Source: Raja brachyura (Eukaryota). From it: 64,000 bases of DNA. This document shows positions 49,912 to 61,699 of this stretch, in pieces (position 1 is the stretch's first letter; every line of letters starts with the position of its first letter). The DNA lies in NCBI GenBank assembly GCA_963514005.1, contig OY740786.1:21080001-21144000 (forward strand), read 5' to 3'. Below the pieces are notes generated by a model. That model made no database searches. It was not told where the DNA came from and saw only the letters and a list, made by a program, of their open reading frames with translations. The translations under genes were made by a program, and so were the position numbers.

Positions 49912-52218
49912 TTTTAAAAGAGCAACCACAGTTCTGGAAAAAGGTCTTGTGGGCAGATGAGACGAAGATTAACATATAAGAATGATGGCAAGAGCAAAGT
50001 ATGGAGGAGAGAAGGAACTGCCCAGGATCCAAAGCATACCACCTCATCTGTGACACACGGTAGTGGGGGGGTTATGGCCTGGGCAAGTATGGCTGCTGAA
50101 GGTTCACTTTTCTTCAATGATGATACAACTGCTGATGGTAGTAGCATAATGAATTCTGAAGTGTATAGACACATCCTATCTGCTCAAGTTCAAACAAATG
50201 CCTCAAACCTCATTGGCTGGCGGCTCATTCTACAGCAAGACAATGATCCCAAACATACTGCTAAAGCATCAAAGGATTTTTTCAAAGCTAAAAACTGGTA
50301 AGAGTGGCCAAGTCAATCACCCGATCTGAACCCAATTGAGCATGCCTTTTATATGCTTAAGAGGACTAGCCCCCAAAACAAGCATAAGCTAAAGATGGCT
50401 GCAATACAGGCCTGGCAGAACATCACCAGAGAAGACACCCAGCAACTGGTAATGTCCATGAATCGCAGACTTCAAGCAGTCATTGCAGGCAATGGTTTTG
50501 CAACAAAATACTGAACATGACTACTTTCATTTACATGACATTGCTGTGTCCCAACCATTATGGTGCCCTGAAATGGGGGGGACTATGTATAAACACTGCT
50601 GTAATTACTATATGGTGAAACCAAAATGTATAAAAATGCTCTTAATTAAAATCTGAAAATGTGCACTTTTAGCCACATGTGATTTTTTTCCTATTACTTG
50701 TGGTACATGAGATGTGTACATCTCAAATTGTGGAGTACAGAGGCAAATAAATAAATGATGGGTCTTTGTCCCAAACATTATGACGGGCACTGTAAGGGAA
50801 ATAGCACGAGAGAGATAAAGAGATAAAGAACTCATTGGCTTTTCTGTTGAGTGTGTTTGAAAGTGGTCTGGAGGGGTAGATGGAGAACAGTATCTCCACA
50901 GTAGGGTGGGGGCCTATTGTAATGAGCTTTTGCAGGATAAATAATTGAGGATTGGAAGGGACTGGTGGAACTGGTTAAAGAGATACATTCTAAATAGCTC
51001 TTGTTTATTTTAAACCTAGATAACATACCAGTGAAAGGATTTCAATACCTGAGATTTATCCCATCCCTACAATGACATGAATATTAAAAAAAACCTACAG
51101 ATACCAGAAATCTTAAATGAAATAGAAAATATTGAAATCTATGGCAAGGGAAGGGGTTGATATTTCAGGTCAAAGACCCTACATCGGAACTAGAAGGAAA
51201 GAAAATAAGTGTTATAAAAGAAGATATTTCTGATAGGGTAGAAATTGGACAACATGGGGATAAGCAGTAAACAAGGTTATCTAGACAATGCGTGAACTTC
51301 TGCATGGTCTATTCAGTGCTAGAAATGTAAAGGTCTTGGGTGTAAAGTGAATAGGCAAATTGGCAGGAGCATGGCATGGAGCACAGGATCAGCCATAAAC
51401 AATGAATAGTGCAGCAAACACAGGGCCACAACCTGATGTTTCTCTTGTCACCCTGCAAATACAGTTACAATAGAGTCGTGTCACTGAAAGAACAACGAAG
51501 ATTAGCTTGCAAAGTTCAGATCAGTTAAGGGAGCCAGGACGAGCATCAGCCTAAGCATTACATGCTCGACCTCTCTGCCACCATGTTTCCAGTTTTAGAA
51601 ACCATTAATGTATTCTAATTGATACAACCCCAGAACTAGTGAATCAGATAGAATAAGATAGCTGCAGAGAGCACATGATTGTAAGCAAGGGGCAAAAAAG
51701 ATGATGGAGAATTATTTGAGGTATTAAATGTTGAATCATTTTTATATGTATTCATTGAAGTATTTCCAGTTTGAACATTAGAGCTAAGGAAAGTGCCACT
51801 GGTTTGTGCTTCCATTTTGTAAACGTTAATGATGTTAACATTTAATAAATAGTCCAGATTGATGATTAAAAATGATAAATGCCAGATATTTCTCATCCGA
51901 GTGAATAAAAAAGTTTTGTTTGAAACTGCATTTCTAAAAAGAGGTTGAATTCGCTAGTGATTGGCTACTTTTGAAATCTGCTTCAGATACCCATGCTTAA
52001 CTATACTTTCCAATTAAGCAAAGCTAATTTCAGAACCAAGTACAAATGCTCTAATGCTGTTATTGGTAGATTACTTTAACGTATTTATTTGTCATGCAAT
52101 TTTTCATATCGCCTTCAACAAATTGCCCGACTAATCTTTCCCATATGTCCAGATCGCTCCTGTGTTTGAAACACTGCGCCAGGGTGGAGTGTAATTGTTT
52201 CCATGTTGCTTTGTGCAG

Positions 52219-52463
52219 TTTAAGGAATGCCAATGGGTTGACAGCAGCTCAGCTCGCCCTGGCTCAGGGGTTCGGTGAATGCTCCCAGTTCCTGTGCAGT
52301 GTGCAGAACCATCAGCTGAATGGTTTCTACACCAATGGCATCGCCAGCGGTCTGTACCGGGATAACCTGATCACAGACGGACTAAACGGGTACACAGGAA
52401 CTAACCGCAAGAGAAGCTACGAAGAATCTGACCGCAATGGAGTTAAGAAACCTAGAACTGAAG
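52219..52463 (+). CDS. ANKRD10: ANKRD10 coding exon 4
   Basis: TTGCTTTGTGCAG acceptor; LRNANGLTAAQLALAQGFGECSQFL...GTNRKRSYEESDRNGVKKPRTE (bipartite NLS-like); AAG|GTATGC donor; 245 nt. Confidence 0.93.
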
Positions 52464-53899
52464 GTATGCATCTTCATCCATTTATTCATGGTATTACTTT
52501 TCATAAGCGTCATGTTAGATCATTTTTGCGTTTGAGTTGTTATCTTGGGAACACTACAGTAATCACCCAAATAGAGAGAGGAACAAATATCATCAACCTT
52601 ATGATCACATGCACCATCAGCTATAACTTGGTATGCAGCTCTCTCCCCTGATAGTAAGAAAGTACAGTTCATACGCACAAATTTGCTTCAGTACAGTGCT
52701 GAGGGAGTGCTGCACTCACGGGAAGGCTATGTTTCAGAGGCAAGGTTACACTGAGAAAATCTGCATCCTCAGCTAAATACAATTGACTTTGGATCACTTG
52801 CATCATGGAGTGACTCCAGGTTCCTAGGTCAATGTTTATTACTCAGGCAACACTACAAAAGCAGTATCGGCATAGAATCCATGCTGTTTTAGAATCCATG
52901 CTGTTTTAGAATCTAGAATCCATTTTCTGGCTTATTTTTCCTCGTACCATTCATATCCCTTTTTAACAATACAAAGGATTTTAAACTGATCACTACCGAG
53001 GATTCAATTCACATTTCCTCTGCTTGTAGTTCCTTCGAGCTAGGGTTGGATCATGGTCTTGGATATTGGCTTGATCTCGGAGGAGAAGTGGGTAATGTGA
53101 TAACCTAGATGTGAATACTCAATCCCAATATGAAACAGACCCCAATCCTTGTCTCTCTACGTTTTCTCTCTGGCATCCAGGCTCTCAATAATTGGGTGGA
53201 ATTGCTTGCACTTGTAGTGTGTATAGATCCCATTAGCATTGACGATACCACACTCAACAAACTGTTCCTGCACGGCAAAGAGTCCAGTCAGCATTAACTA
53301 TTCCTATTTGACTCATGTTCACCTTTGTATTCAAAACGTTTTAACTTGTTCCCCAAATTAGACATTTCTGCCTCTCCAGTGGATATATAATTGAAATTCA
53401 AATTTTTCCTTTGCTATACACCGCCCACCTCTCTCCATACATCCCTCGCTACCCTCACACTCTTTCTCCATTCTCCACTTATCTCCTTACACTCCGACCC
53501 ACCCTCTCTACCTACCCTCGATTTTCCTCTCCACATTCCCTCTCCTCCCTACATTCCTTCTCTCCACTCTGCCCCCCCCGCTACACTATCCGCTCAGGCA
53601 TTTTATTTATTTATCTGCCACATTTGGCATATTTGAGACATTTTAGAGTATTCTAATACATTTAAAATATGTTTTAATGTCCAACATCTGCACACTGCTT
53701 TATCATGGAATAGCTGGACATTTCCCTGACAAGTTGAGGGCGGCAAATCAAATGGCAAGTATTAAAAATAGGGAATGGAGGAATTTTGATTTCATTGTTT
53801 AAAAAAAGGTAACACATCACCATTGAAATAATTAAAATGCATTTTAATTAAAATTTACTGTGCAAAGGCATCACTGAGTGTTAGTTGGTGATTTTTCAG

Positions 53900-54460
53900 T
53901 AATACCAGGGGCACATTGGGAATTAATCAGGGGATACACAGTATGAGCATCATCAGACAAGGGTGCCTCACTGGTGGTGACACGCAGGAGAGGTGGATGA
54001 CGCACTATGAGTAGCAGTCTGGCAAGCTGTGTACACACTGGGAATGATTATCGGGAGAGGGGTGCAGTTACTGGAAGCTCTGTTGGGTGGGAAGTGTACT
54101 AGACTGGGAGCACAGCTGGGAGAGGAGTGTGTCACACTTGGAGTGACAATCAGGGGAGAGGTGTGTCAAACTGGGAACAACTATTGGGAGAGGGGTGTAG
54201 CACACTGGGACCATTGTCGGGAGAGAGTGAACTAAACTGGGAGTCACTGTCAGGAGAGGGGTGTGTCACACTGGGAGCGACTATCAGGAAAGGGATGTAG
54301 CATAGCGGGACCTTTGTCGGGAGAGAATGTTCTAGACTGGGTGCGACTGTCAGGAGAGGGGTGTGTCACACTGGAAGTGATTATTGGGAGTGACATTAGC
54401 ACATTGGGATCGGCTGTTGGAGACGGGTATACCACATTGGGAGAGACCTTTGGGACAGGT
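53900..54460. repeat. Degenerate tandem repeat, about 30-34 bp unit (CTGGGAGYGACTRTCRGGAGAGGGGTGTGTCACA)
   Basis: Recurrent ACACTGGGA / GGAGAGGGGTGTGTC motifs at regular spacing. Confidence 0.75.
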
Positions 54461-54668
54461 ATACTGCAGTGATAGCATGCTGCCAAATACTCTGGTATCA
54501 TAGACTTACAATGGAGCCCTCTGATAGACAGCGTTGATGTTTGCAGATAATATGGTTACTGCGGAGCAAATTACAGGACTTGCAGTAGGTCCATGTTGGT
54601 AGGCTGGTCTCGTCTATGGAGCACGCCGATATGCATCTGTGCTTACGGCAGATTCCTCCTTCTCACAG

Positions 54669-54928
54669 CTCGAGGCATTGATGGCTTCTGGACAGCAGCA
54701 GACAGTATCGCCGATGACAACCTCGGCATCTTCGGTACAGAGCTGAAACCTCGTGCCAGTTCAGTTGGGGTTGGAGGAATCCCAGCACAGGCTGACAACA
54801 ATCAGATCACGATGGACCCCGCAGCTCAGGATGGGGTGTCTCTTAGGGGCCATGATTTTGAAGTCTTCACAGTTTCTCCCATGCAGACTCCGTGCCGCTG
54901 TCTCAATAAATACGCTTATGACTTTTGA
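54669..54928 (+). CDS. ANKRD10: ANKRD10 coding exon 5 (terminal, read-through form)
   Basis: TTCCTCCTTCTCACAG acceptor; phase 1 fits exon 4; ARGIDGFW...FEVFTVSPMQTPCRCLNKYAYDF*; the C-terminus resembles the recalled vertebrate short isoform (MQTPCRCRNQYAYYF). Total CDS is 942 nt. Confidence 0.85.
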
Positions 54929-55269
54929 CGTCCTGCAGTTACAAAGGCTGCTTTTGCCCTAAGTGTGACTCGTAACCTAGACCACTGCCTTCCAGCGGTC
55001 CCTTACCGTCGCCGCTCAATTGGCATAAAGGAGTGTTTTAAAACAAAAACATTTGTAAACCCTGAGCAACACTCATTTTGGAGCAATTGTTTCTGGAAAG
55101 CTGCCAAGGTATCAACAGTGATTGTAATTCATTAGCTCTGGGTTGCCTGAGTGCTCATTAAGTACAGGTTTTTTCCTGCATGGATTAAATGTACAACATA
55201 CCAGTGGAAATCTGTTCTATCTTGATCTTCGTCCGTTATGGTTTGCTTTGTTTGGGCGTGTTGTCCCTC

Positions 55270-55510
55270 GGAAAGATCCCTTCAACCCACTCTGAAGAGT
55301 AATGAAGTACAGGAGACTATCTACCCCTCAGATATTAACTCAAAAAGCAGATAATACTGCTTGTAATCTCATTCCTTTATGTGGGATCTTATTGTGGAAC
55401 ATTGTATGCTCTGTTTCCTGTGTTATATTAGTCACGTTTCATAAATAACTTCACTAGCAATGAGTTGCTCTGGGATGTTCTGAGGTTTCAAAAGGTGCTG
55501 TAGAAACTTT
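55270..55510 (+). mobile_element. Old Deu-domain SINE in the probable ANKRD10 3' UTR (other copies about 21090-21300 +, 24600-24850 -, 30510-30800 -, 52685-52870 +)
   Basis: AAAGATCCC...GAAGAG...TGTGGGATCTTATTGTG...GGGATGTTCTGAGGTTTCAAAAGGTGCT resembles the recalled SacSINE1/AmnSINE 3' half. Confidence 0.5.
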
Positions 55511-57690
55511 TTTACTTCTGATAGCTTTGGTGCTTTGAGATGCTAACATGTCCAAACACCGTTTCCAGTAAGGTTTAAAAAAAATAAATACCTTTGATAC
55601 TTCAGTGCTGTTTTTTCTGTCTTTGTTGTTGGTTTTATTCTCATTCATTCATTAACGCAGCAACTCCCAACTCTAAAAGCTTCTAACCCTGCTTATCCAG
55701 TATTAGCAAGCTGCTCAAGTGTAATTGTTTTCATAGCCAAGTGCTAGTTTATTCTTCTCAGTGTCTGATGGATTGGTGCTGGCTTCCCGCTCAAGTGATG
55801 GTAGTCACTTCCCCGTTAGTTCAGTTTCATACGATCATACCCAGTCTGCTGAGCTGAGCTTACCTCACCTTACCAAATAGACTTTCGTAAATGGTTATGA
55901 AGCTCTGAATATTTTATTACTCCTGCTGCAGAAACCTGGTAGCTCCGTGATGTTTTATATATGTGTGTGAGAATCTAATTTGTGCTGACTTTGATCTGCT
56001 GCAACAGAGATTTGCAGACGTACAGGTTTGTAGGTTAATTGGCTTTGGTTTTTTTAAAAATTGTAAATTGTCCCTAGTGTGTAGAATAGTGCACAGGGAT
56101 CACTGGTTGGCGCGGACTTGGTGGGTCAAAGGACTTATTTCTGCGTCGTATCTTCAAACTAACCTCTAAACAAAACTAAAAAAACGCTATTTGGCTTTTA
56201 TCACTTAATGTAACACCACTGCTGGGCCACACCACTCACAAGAGCATGACATCTGCTAAATCGACTAGACTGTCTTACCAATGTCTTACCAATCAGTGAA
56301 TTTCCAGAAAATAACATGAATTATTTACAAAGAGAACACTGGGAACACTGAAGTTTGACATCGTACACAATGTTTGCATTTCCCCACTGCTTGGAGAATG
56401 TTTCCTCCCCAGACACGAGCACTCTCCAAAACATGGCATGAGGATAACATCTTTGCAGAATATAAACACTGATAGTACAGCCTTATGACTCAATTTACAC
56501 TTTTCGGACAAATATGATTCCGTAATTGGATTTTTGCTAAACTGTAATTACAAGTTTAAACATTCAACCCCATAACCACTCAAAAGTCAACTTCATACTG
56601 ATTAAGTAATCCAAACCACTACATGCAGGAAAGGGCAGCCAGTGAATGTGATTCAGATGCATATACTGAGCCTTGCACTGTAGTCTTATTTATTGGGTGC
56701 AAATCGGACCAGTTACTGAGAATTTCACGCCTGCATCAAGGTACCAATGAGTGTAAGCCATGAAAAAAAAAAATCCCAGCCATATTAATGCATAATTTTT
56801 TTTAAAAAGGTTGAGGTATGACAATAGGTGCAGGAGTAGGCCGTTCGGCCCTTCGAGCCAGCACCGCCATTCAATGTGATCATGGGATTGTGGCTGATCA
56901 TCCACAATCAGTATCCGTTTCCTGCCTTCTCCCCATATCCTTTGACTTCGCCATCTTTAAGAGCTCTATCTAACTCTCTTGAAAGCATCCAGAGAATTGG
57001 CCTCCACTGCCTTCTGAGGCAGAGAATTCCACAGATTCACAACTCTCTGGGTGAAAAGGAGATGGTGGGAAGAGGCTTAGAGGTTTTGATTTGATTAATC
57101 CTTTTCCAGTTGGGAATGACTGGTCCGAAATTCATTGCAGTACTTAAATGGTAGAGGATAATTATAGAAAGAGTGGGAGGGAATATGGGGGAAAAAGCAA
57201 CAAGCAACAACTTAAAATCATCCTGAGGTAGCCCTGACTTGAACAGCAAAGAATGCCAAACTTCTGCACGTTAAATAGGCGGGCATAAATATGCCAGATG
57301 GTTTTCCACTTTGGGAGGAAGAATGAAAGAGTTGGATGTCATTTAAATAGCTCGAGTCTGTTGTCACAGCTAAGAAAAAGGAGTAAACTCATACTATGAG
57401 TACAAAGGTAGCATAACACGAAAGCAAGTAATCAGGCAAGTGGAATGTTGTCTTTTATTGCAAGACAGTTACAGTACGAAGGCAAGGAGGTCTTGCTTCA
57501 ACTGTAGAGTGAGACCGCACCTGGAGTACTGCTTACAGTTTTGGTCTCCTTATTGATCAGAGAATATTTGATTTGGTGGGTGGGTGGGTGGGGGTGCAGT
57601 AAAAGATTACCCAATAGATTCCTTAAGTGAGGATTTGTCTTGTGAGAAAGGCAAAAACTGAGCAAAAATGAGTCTTTGGGTTTTAGAAGA

Positions 57691-57990
57691 TTTAGTTTAG
57701 TTTAGAGATACAGTGCAGAAACAGGCCCTTCGACCCACCGAGACCAGCAATCCCCACACACTAGCACTATCCCACACACACTAGGGACAATTTACAATTT
57801 TACCAAGCCAATTAGCCTACAAACCTGTACATCGTTGGAGTGGAAGGAAACCAGAGCACCCGGACAAAGCCTACATAGGTCTCGAGGAGAACATACAAAT
57901 TCTGTATAGACAACACCCGTAGTCAGGATTGAACCCCGGTCTCTGGCGCTGTAAGGCAGCAGCTCTATCGCTGCGCTGCTGTGCCACCCC
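57691..57990 (-). mobile_element. tRNA-SINE
   Basis: (TTTAG)n tail; head GGGTGGCACAGCAGCGCAGCG on the minus strand. Confidence 0.85.
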
Positions 57991-58036
57991 TTGGTTTTAT
58001 TTAAATGTACAGCTCTGAGGGAGCTTGGCAAGTTAG

Positions 58037-58136
58037 CCCTGACTTGAAGAAGGGTCTCGACCCGAAACGTCGCCTATCTCCTTCGCTTCTTAGATGCTGC
58101 TGCACCCGCTGAGTTTCTCCAGCTTTTTGTGTAACC
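58037..58136 (+). mobile_element. Hammerhead-bearing element with 13-bp target-site duplication
   Basis: CTTGGCAAGTTAG at 58024-58036 and 58137-58149 flanks TTGAAGAAGGGTCTCGACCCGAAACGTCGCC...TCCAGCTTTTTGTGT. Confidence 0.75.
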
Positions 58137-58140
58137 CTTG

Positions 58141-58230
58141 GCAAGTTAGATGTTGTGATAGTGCTTTAACTGCAAGTTAGATGTTGTGATAGTGCTTTAA
58201 CTGCAAGTTAGATGTTGTGATAGTGCTTTA
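58141..58230. repeat. 31-bp tandem repeat, three copies
   Basis: GCAAGTTAGATGTTGTGATAGTGCTTTAACT repeated. Confidence 0.95.
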
Positions 58231-58289
58231 AATTCTCATCATAAGACAAAGTGAGTGGAGGAATTTCCTCTCAGACTGCTAATCTTTGG

Positions 58290-59660
58290 AATCCTCTGCG
58301 CTAAACTGGAGTGTATATGAATGGAGAGTTTGGGGGCCAGGTAGTGGGGCTGAGGACAAGCATAAGCAATCTCTCCATCAGGTAAAGCAAATTGAAGGAG
58401 CTGTTCATCAACCAGGAGGTGGAGAGGAGAACGTACCCCAGTTTGTATCAAAGGTGCTGAAATGGAGATGGCTGAGAGCTTCAGGTTTTGTGTAATTACC
58501 AATCGGGTGGTCAATCCAACCACATTGACCGATACAGCACACCGGCGCCACAACTTCTTCTGAAGGCTTGGGAAATTCAGCACTTCCCCAAGGACACTTA
58601 CCATAGAAAGCAAAGTCACAGGAGCAGAATTACATCAATCGGGTCATGGAGTCAACTCTGCCATTCAATCATGGTTCATCTATCTTTCCCACTTAACCTA
58701 ATTTTCCTGGCCCTTCTCCCGTACTTTTGACGCCCTTATGAATCAAGAACCTAGCAATTGATGTTTTAAAAATACCCAATATCATGATCTCCACATCCAT
58801 CCATGGCAATGAATTCCACAGATTCATCACCCTCTGGCCAAAGAATATCCTCGTCATCTCTATTCTAAAGTTAGGTCATTTTATTCTGAGGGTGTGCCCT
58901 CTGGTTCTAGACTATCTCATTACTGGAAACATCCTTTCTGCATCCACTTTATCAAGGCCTTTCACTATCTGGTAGGCTTCGATGAGAATAACCCTCTTCC
59001 TAAACTCCAGCAAATACAGGCCCAGACCCAGACCCTGCTCCTCATATATTAACCCAATCATTCCTGGGATCAATCTTGTAAACCTCCTCTGGACCCTCTC
59101 CAATACCAGCACATCCCTCCTCAGTCTGAAGAAGGGTCTCGACCCAAAACATCACCCATTCACTCCAGAGATGTTGTCTGTCCTGCTGAGTTACTCCAGC
59201 TTTTTGTGTCTTTCTTCAGTTTAAACCAGCTTTTTGTGTCTTTCTTCGGTTTAAACCAGCATCCTCAGATATGGGACCCAAAACTGCCCACAATGTACCA
59301 AATGTAGTGTGACCAGTGCCCTCAGCATTGCATCCCAGCTTTTATATTCTAGTTCTCTTGAAATGAATGGTAACATTGCATTTTCCTTCCTTTCTACCGA
59401 TTCAGCTGCAAATTAACCTTTTGGGAATCTTACACCAGCACTCAAGTCCCTTTGCACCTCCGATTTCTGAATCCACTCGCCATTTAGAAAATAGTCTGCA
59501 CTTATTCCTACTACCAAATTGCATGACTGCACAATTGGCTATGCTATATTCCGTCTGCCACTTCTTTGCCCACTCTCCCAACGTGTCCGAGTCCTGCAAA
59601 CTCCTGACTTCCTCTACACCACCTGCCCCTCCACCTATCTTCATATCATTCACCAACTGT
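58290..59660. mobile_element. Rex1 fragment (+), then CR1 fragment (-) interrupted at 59125-59261 by a hammerhead-bearing element
   Basis: CR1 motifs LERVQRRFTRLIPG and DMKIGG...LGEWAKKWQ; the insert is flanked by TCCTCAG (59118-59124, 59262-59268). Confidence 0.75.
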
Positions 59661-61044
59661 GCTGCCCAAGATCACAAGAAAATGCAGAGAATTGCCGATG
59701 CAGCGCCGTCCATTATACAAATACAGCTTCAAGCTGTCTTTCCTGCTTTACCAGCATCCGTGTGCAGGTTCTGTATTCAGGAATGTTAGAGACAAAGTTC
59801 GTACTGGTTTCCCACCAATGCTCAAGAACATTCGGAGTGGTGCACCTTTCACAATTTCACAGCATTGAATGGATTCTAGGAGCCTGAGTACCAAACCGGG
59901 TGGAAACCTGATCACCTTTTAAAGATACATTCTCACTTTAATATCTGTGATTTTATCCACTTTCAGGATGTAGGCAACCCCAGGCAAAGCTTATTTCTGG
60001 GCACTAGGAAATCCATTTCAGTACCATAGAAATGATCCTCGTGGCATGCATCACAGCCCTTGTCTCAGAAAGTATTGCTGTAGTCCAGCCATCGTTTTCC
60101 CCAGTTCCAGGACGATGGGCCGAATGGCCTAATTCTGTTCCGAGAACTTATGAACATGTTGCAGGCCAGTTCACCACAAATGGATGGACGGATTGAGAAG
60201 CAAAGAAGTTCCTCTAGAAACCTCATTGTTCCATTTCTTCATCCTCCAACGTCTTTGAAGTGTTAGATTCTCACTGTATCTGTCCCTCATTGTACTTATG
60301 CACATGACAATAAACTCATCTTGACTGATTTTGCTCTTAACATAGTTTTTAAAAACTTTGCAGTCGCCATGCAATAACAAAATTGTGCAATTCAGATCAA
60401 TCCTGTGAGGGAGAGAATCTAATTTACCTGGCCCTGTGCGTATGTGGGTAAAAAGGGAGTGTTAGAGTCTTCAGGATTAACAAATTCAAAAGGACATCAA
60501 AGCAGGCGGACTATTCCCCAGTTCCAGCCTCTCCCTCGTCTTCAGTTTTTATTTCCATACCATGCCTTCAGCTACTTGGGCCCTGAGCTCTGGACGTATC
60601 TCCTTCTCGTTAACACCTGCTGTGTTCATGGTGTCAGCCCTTGCTGTTCCAGCATGTATCTCGAAATTTGTTATTGATACAGGTATCAGAGATCCATGTA
60701 AGCAAAGAGATTACACGGCTTAAAAACAAGCAGAGGCAATTTCTTCCATAATCTTGACAAAGAAATCTTGCCGACTGAATTGAATAGACTAGAGACTTTA
60801 AAGGACACAATACTGTTGCTGCAAGCTCCATCGTAATTCCTCAGACTAAGTCAGTACCCTATGGCCAGTGAGAGGATGCACAGAAGCCTGCAGGTCTCGT
60901 ATATCATCAAGTCCAAGCAAAAATTACCTCTGAACCTCCTTTTTGTTAGTTTCGATCTCACTTTCACCTTGAAGATTTTCAGTATGAGGAAGATACAGAA
61001 TCATGGAAATGTACAGCATAGGAGACCATTCAACCCATCACACC

Positions 61045-61340
61045 TTGGTGGCGCAGCGGTGGAGTTGCTGCCTTACAGCGCTTACCGCGCCAGAGACCCG
61101 GGTTCGATCCTACTACGGGTGCTGTCTGTACAGAGTTCTCCCCATGACCACGTGGGTTTTCTCGGGGATCTCTGGATTCCACTCCAAAGACATACAGGTT
61201 TGTAGGTTACTGGCTTGGTATAAATGTAAATTGTCCTTCGTGTGTGTAGGATAGTGTTAATGTGTGGGGATTGCTGGTCGGTGCGGACTCGGTGGGCCGA
61301 AGACCCTGTTTCCGCACTCTACCTCTAAACTAATTTAAAC
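61045..61340 (+). mobile_element. tRNA-SINE
   Basis: GGTGGCGCAGCGGTGGAGTTGCTGCCTTACAGC...GACCCGGGTTCGATCC head and a CTAAACTAA tail. Confidence 0.88.
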
Positions 61341-61699
61341 CTTGGTTGGATTGACAGAGGAGTGCAACTCTGATGAAATGACTGAGCTGTGCATTGTCAC
61401 CGTCTGAATGACAGGCCTCTGAAAATGCCTACAGGTGGCTGCCCATCATTCTCACCACAGTCTGATTACAGGAGCTAGCCATCACCAAGGTTCGAGATGA
61501 CAGTAACACACCTTGCCTTGATATAACCAAGGAGCTTTGAAAGATGTCACCCAGTCAACGGGACCCAGATTTTACTTGACTAGGAGACTGGGTTTCTTCT
61601 GGTTGAACCGAACACAGGAATATTTTCATATCAATGGTTTCATAATGAACAAGAGAACATTCTTTGACTAATAATAAATGTGGAAGTTAGAGCTGATGG

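Larger units (their letters stand above)
48078..50792 (+). mobile_element. Tc1 DNA transposon (long IR/DR-type TIRs) with inactivated transposase
   Basis: TA flanks; long TIRs with internal direct repeats (CCATAATGTTTGG); transposase remnants MKTKVVPIKVKEAIMTL...ISQTLGLSKSTVWNII (HTH), FWKKVLWADET, HGSGGVMAWASMAA, QQDNDPKHTAK, WPSQSPDLNPIEH. Confidence 0.92.
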
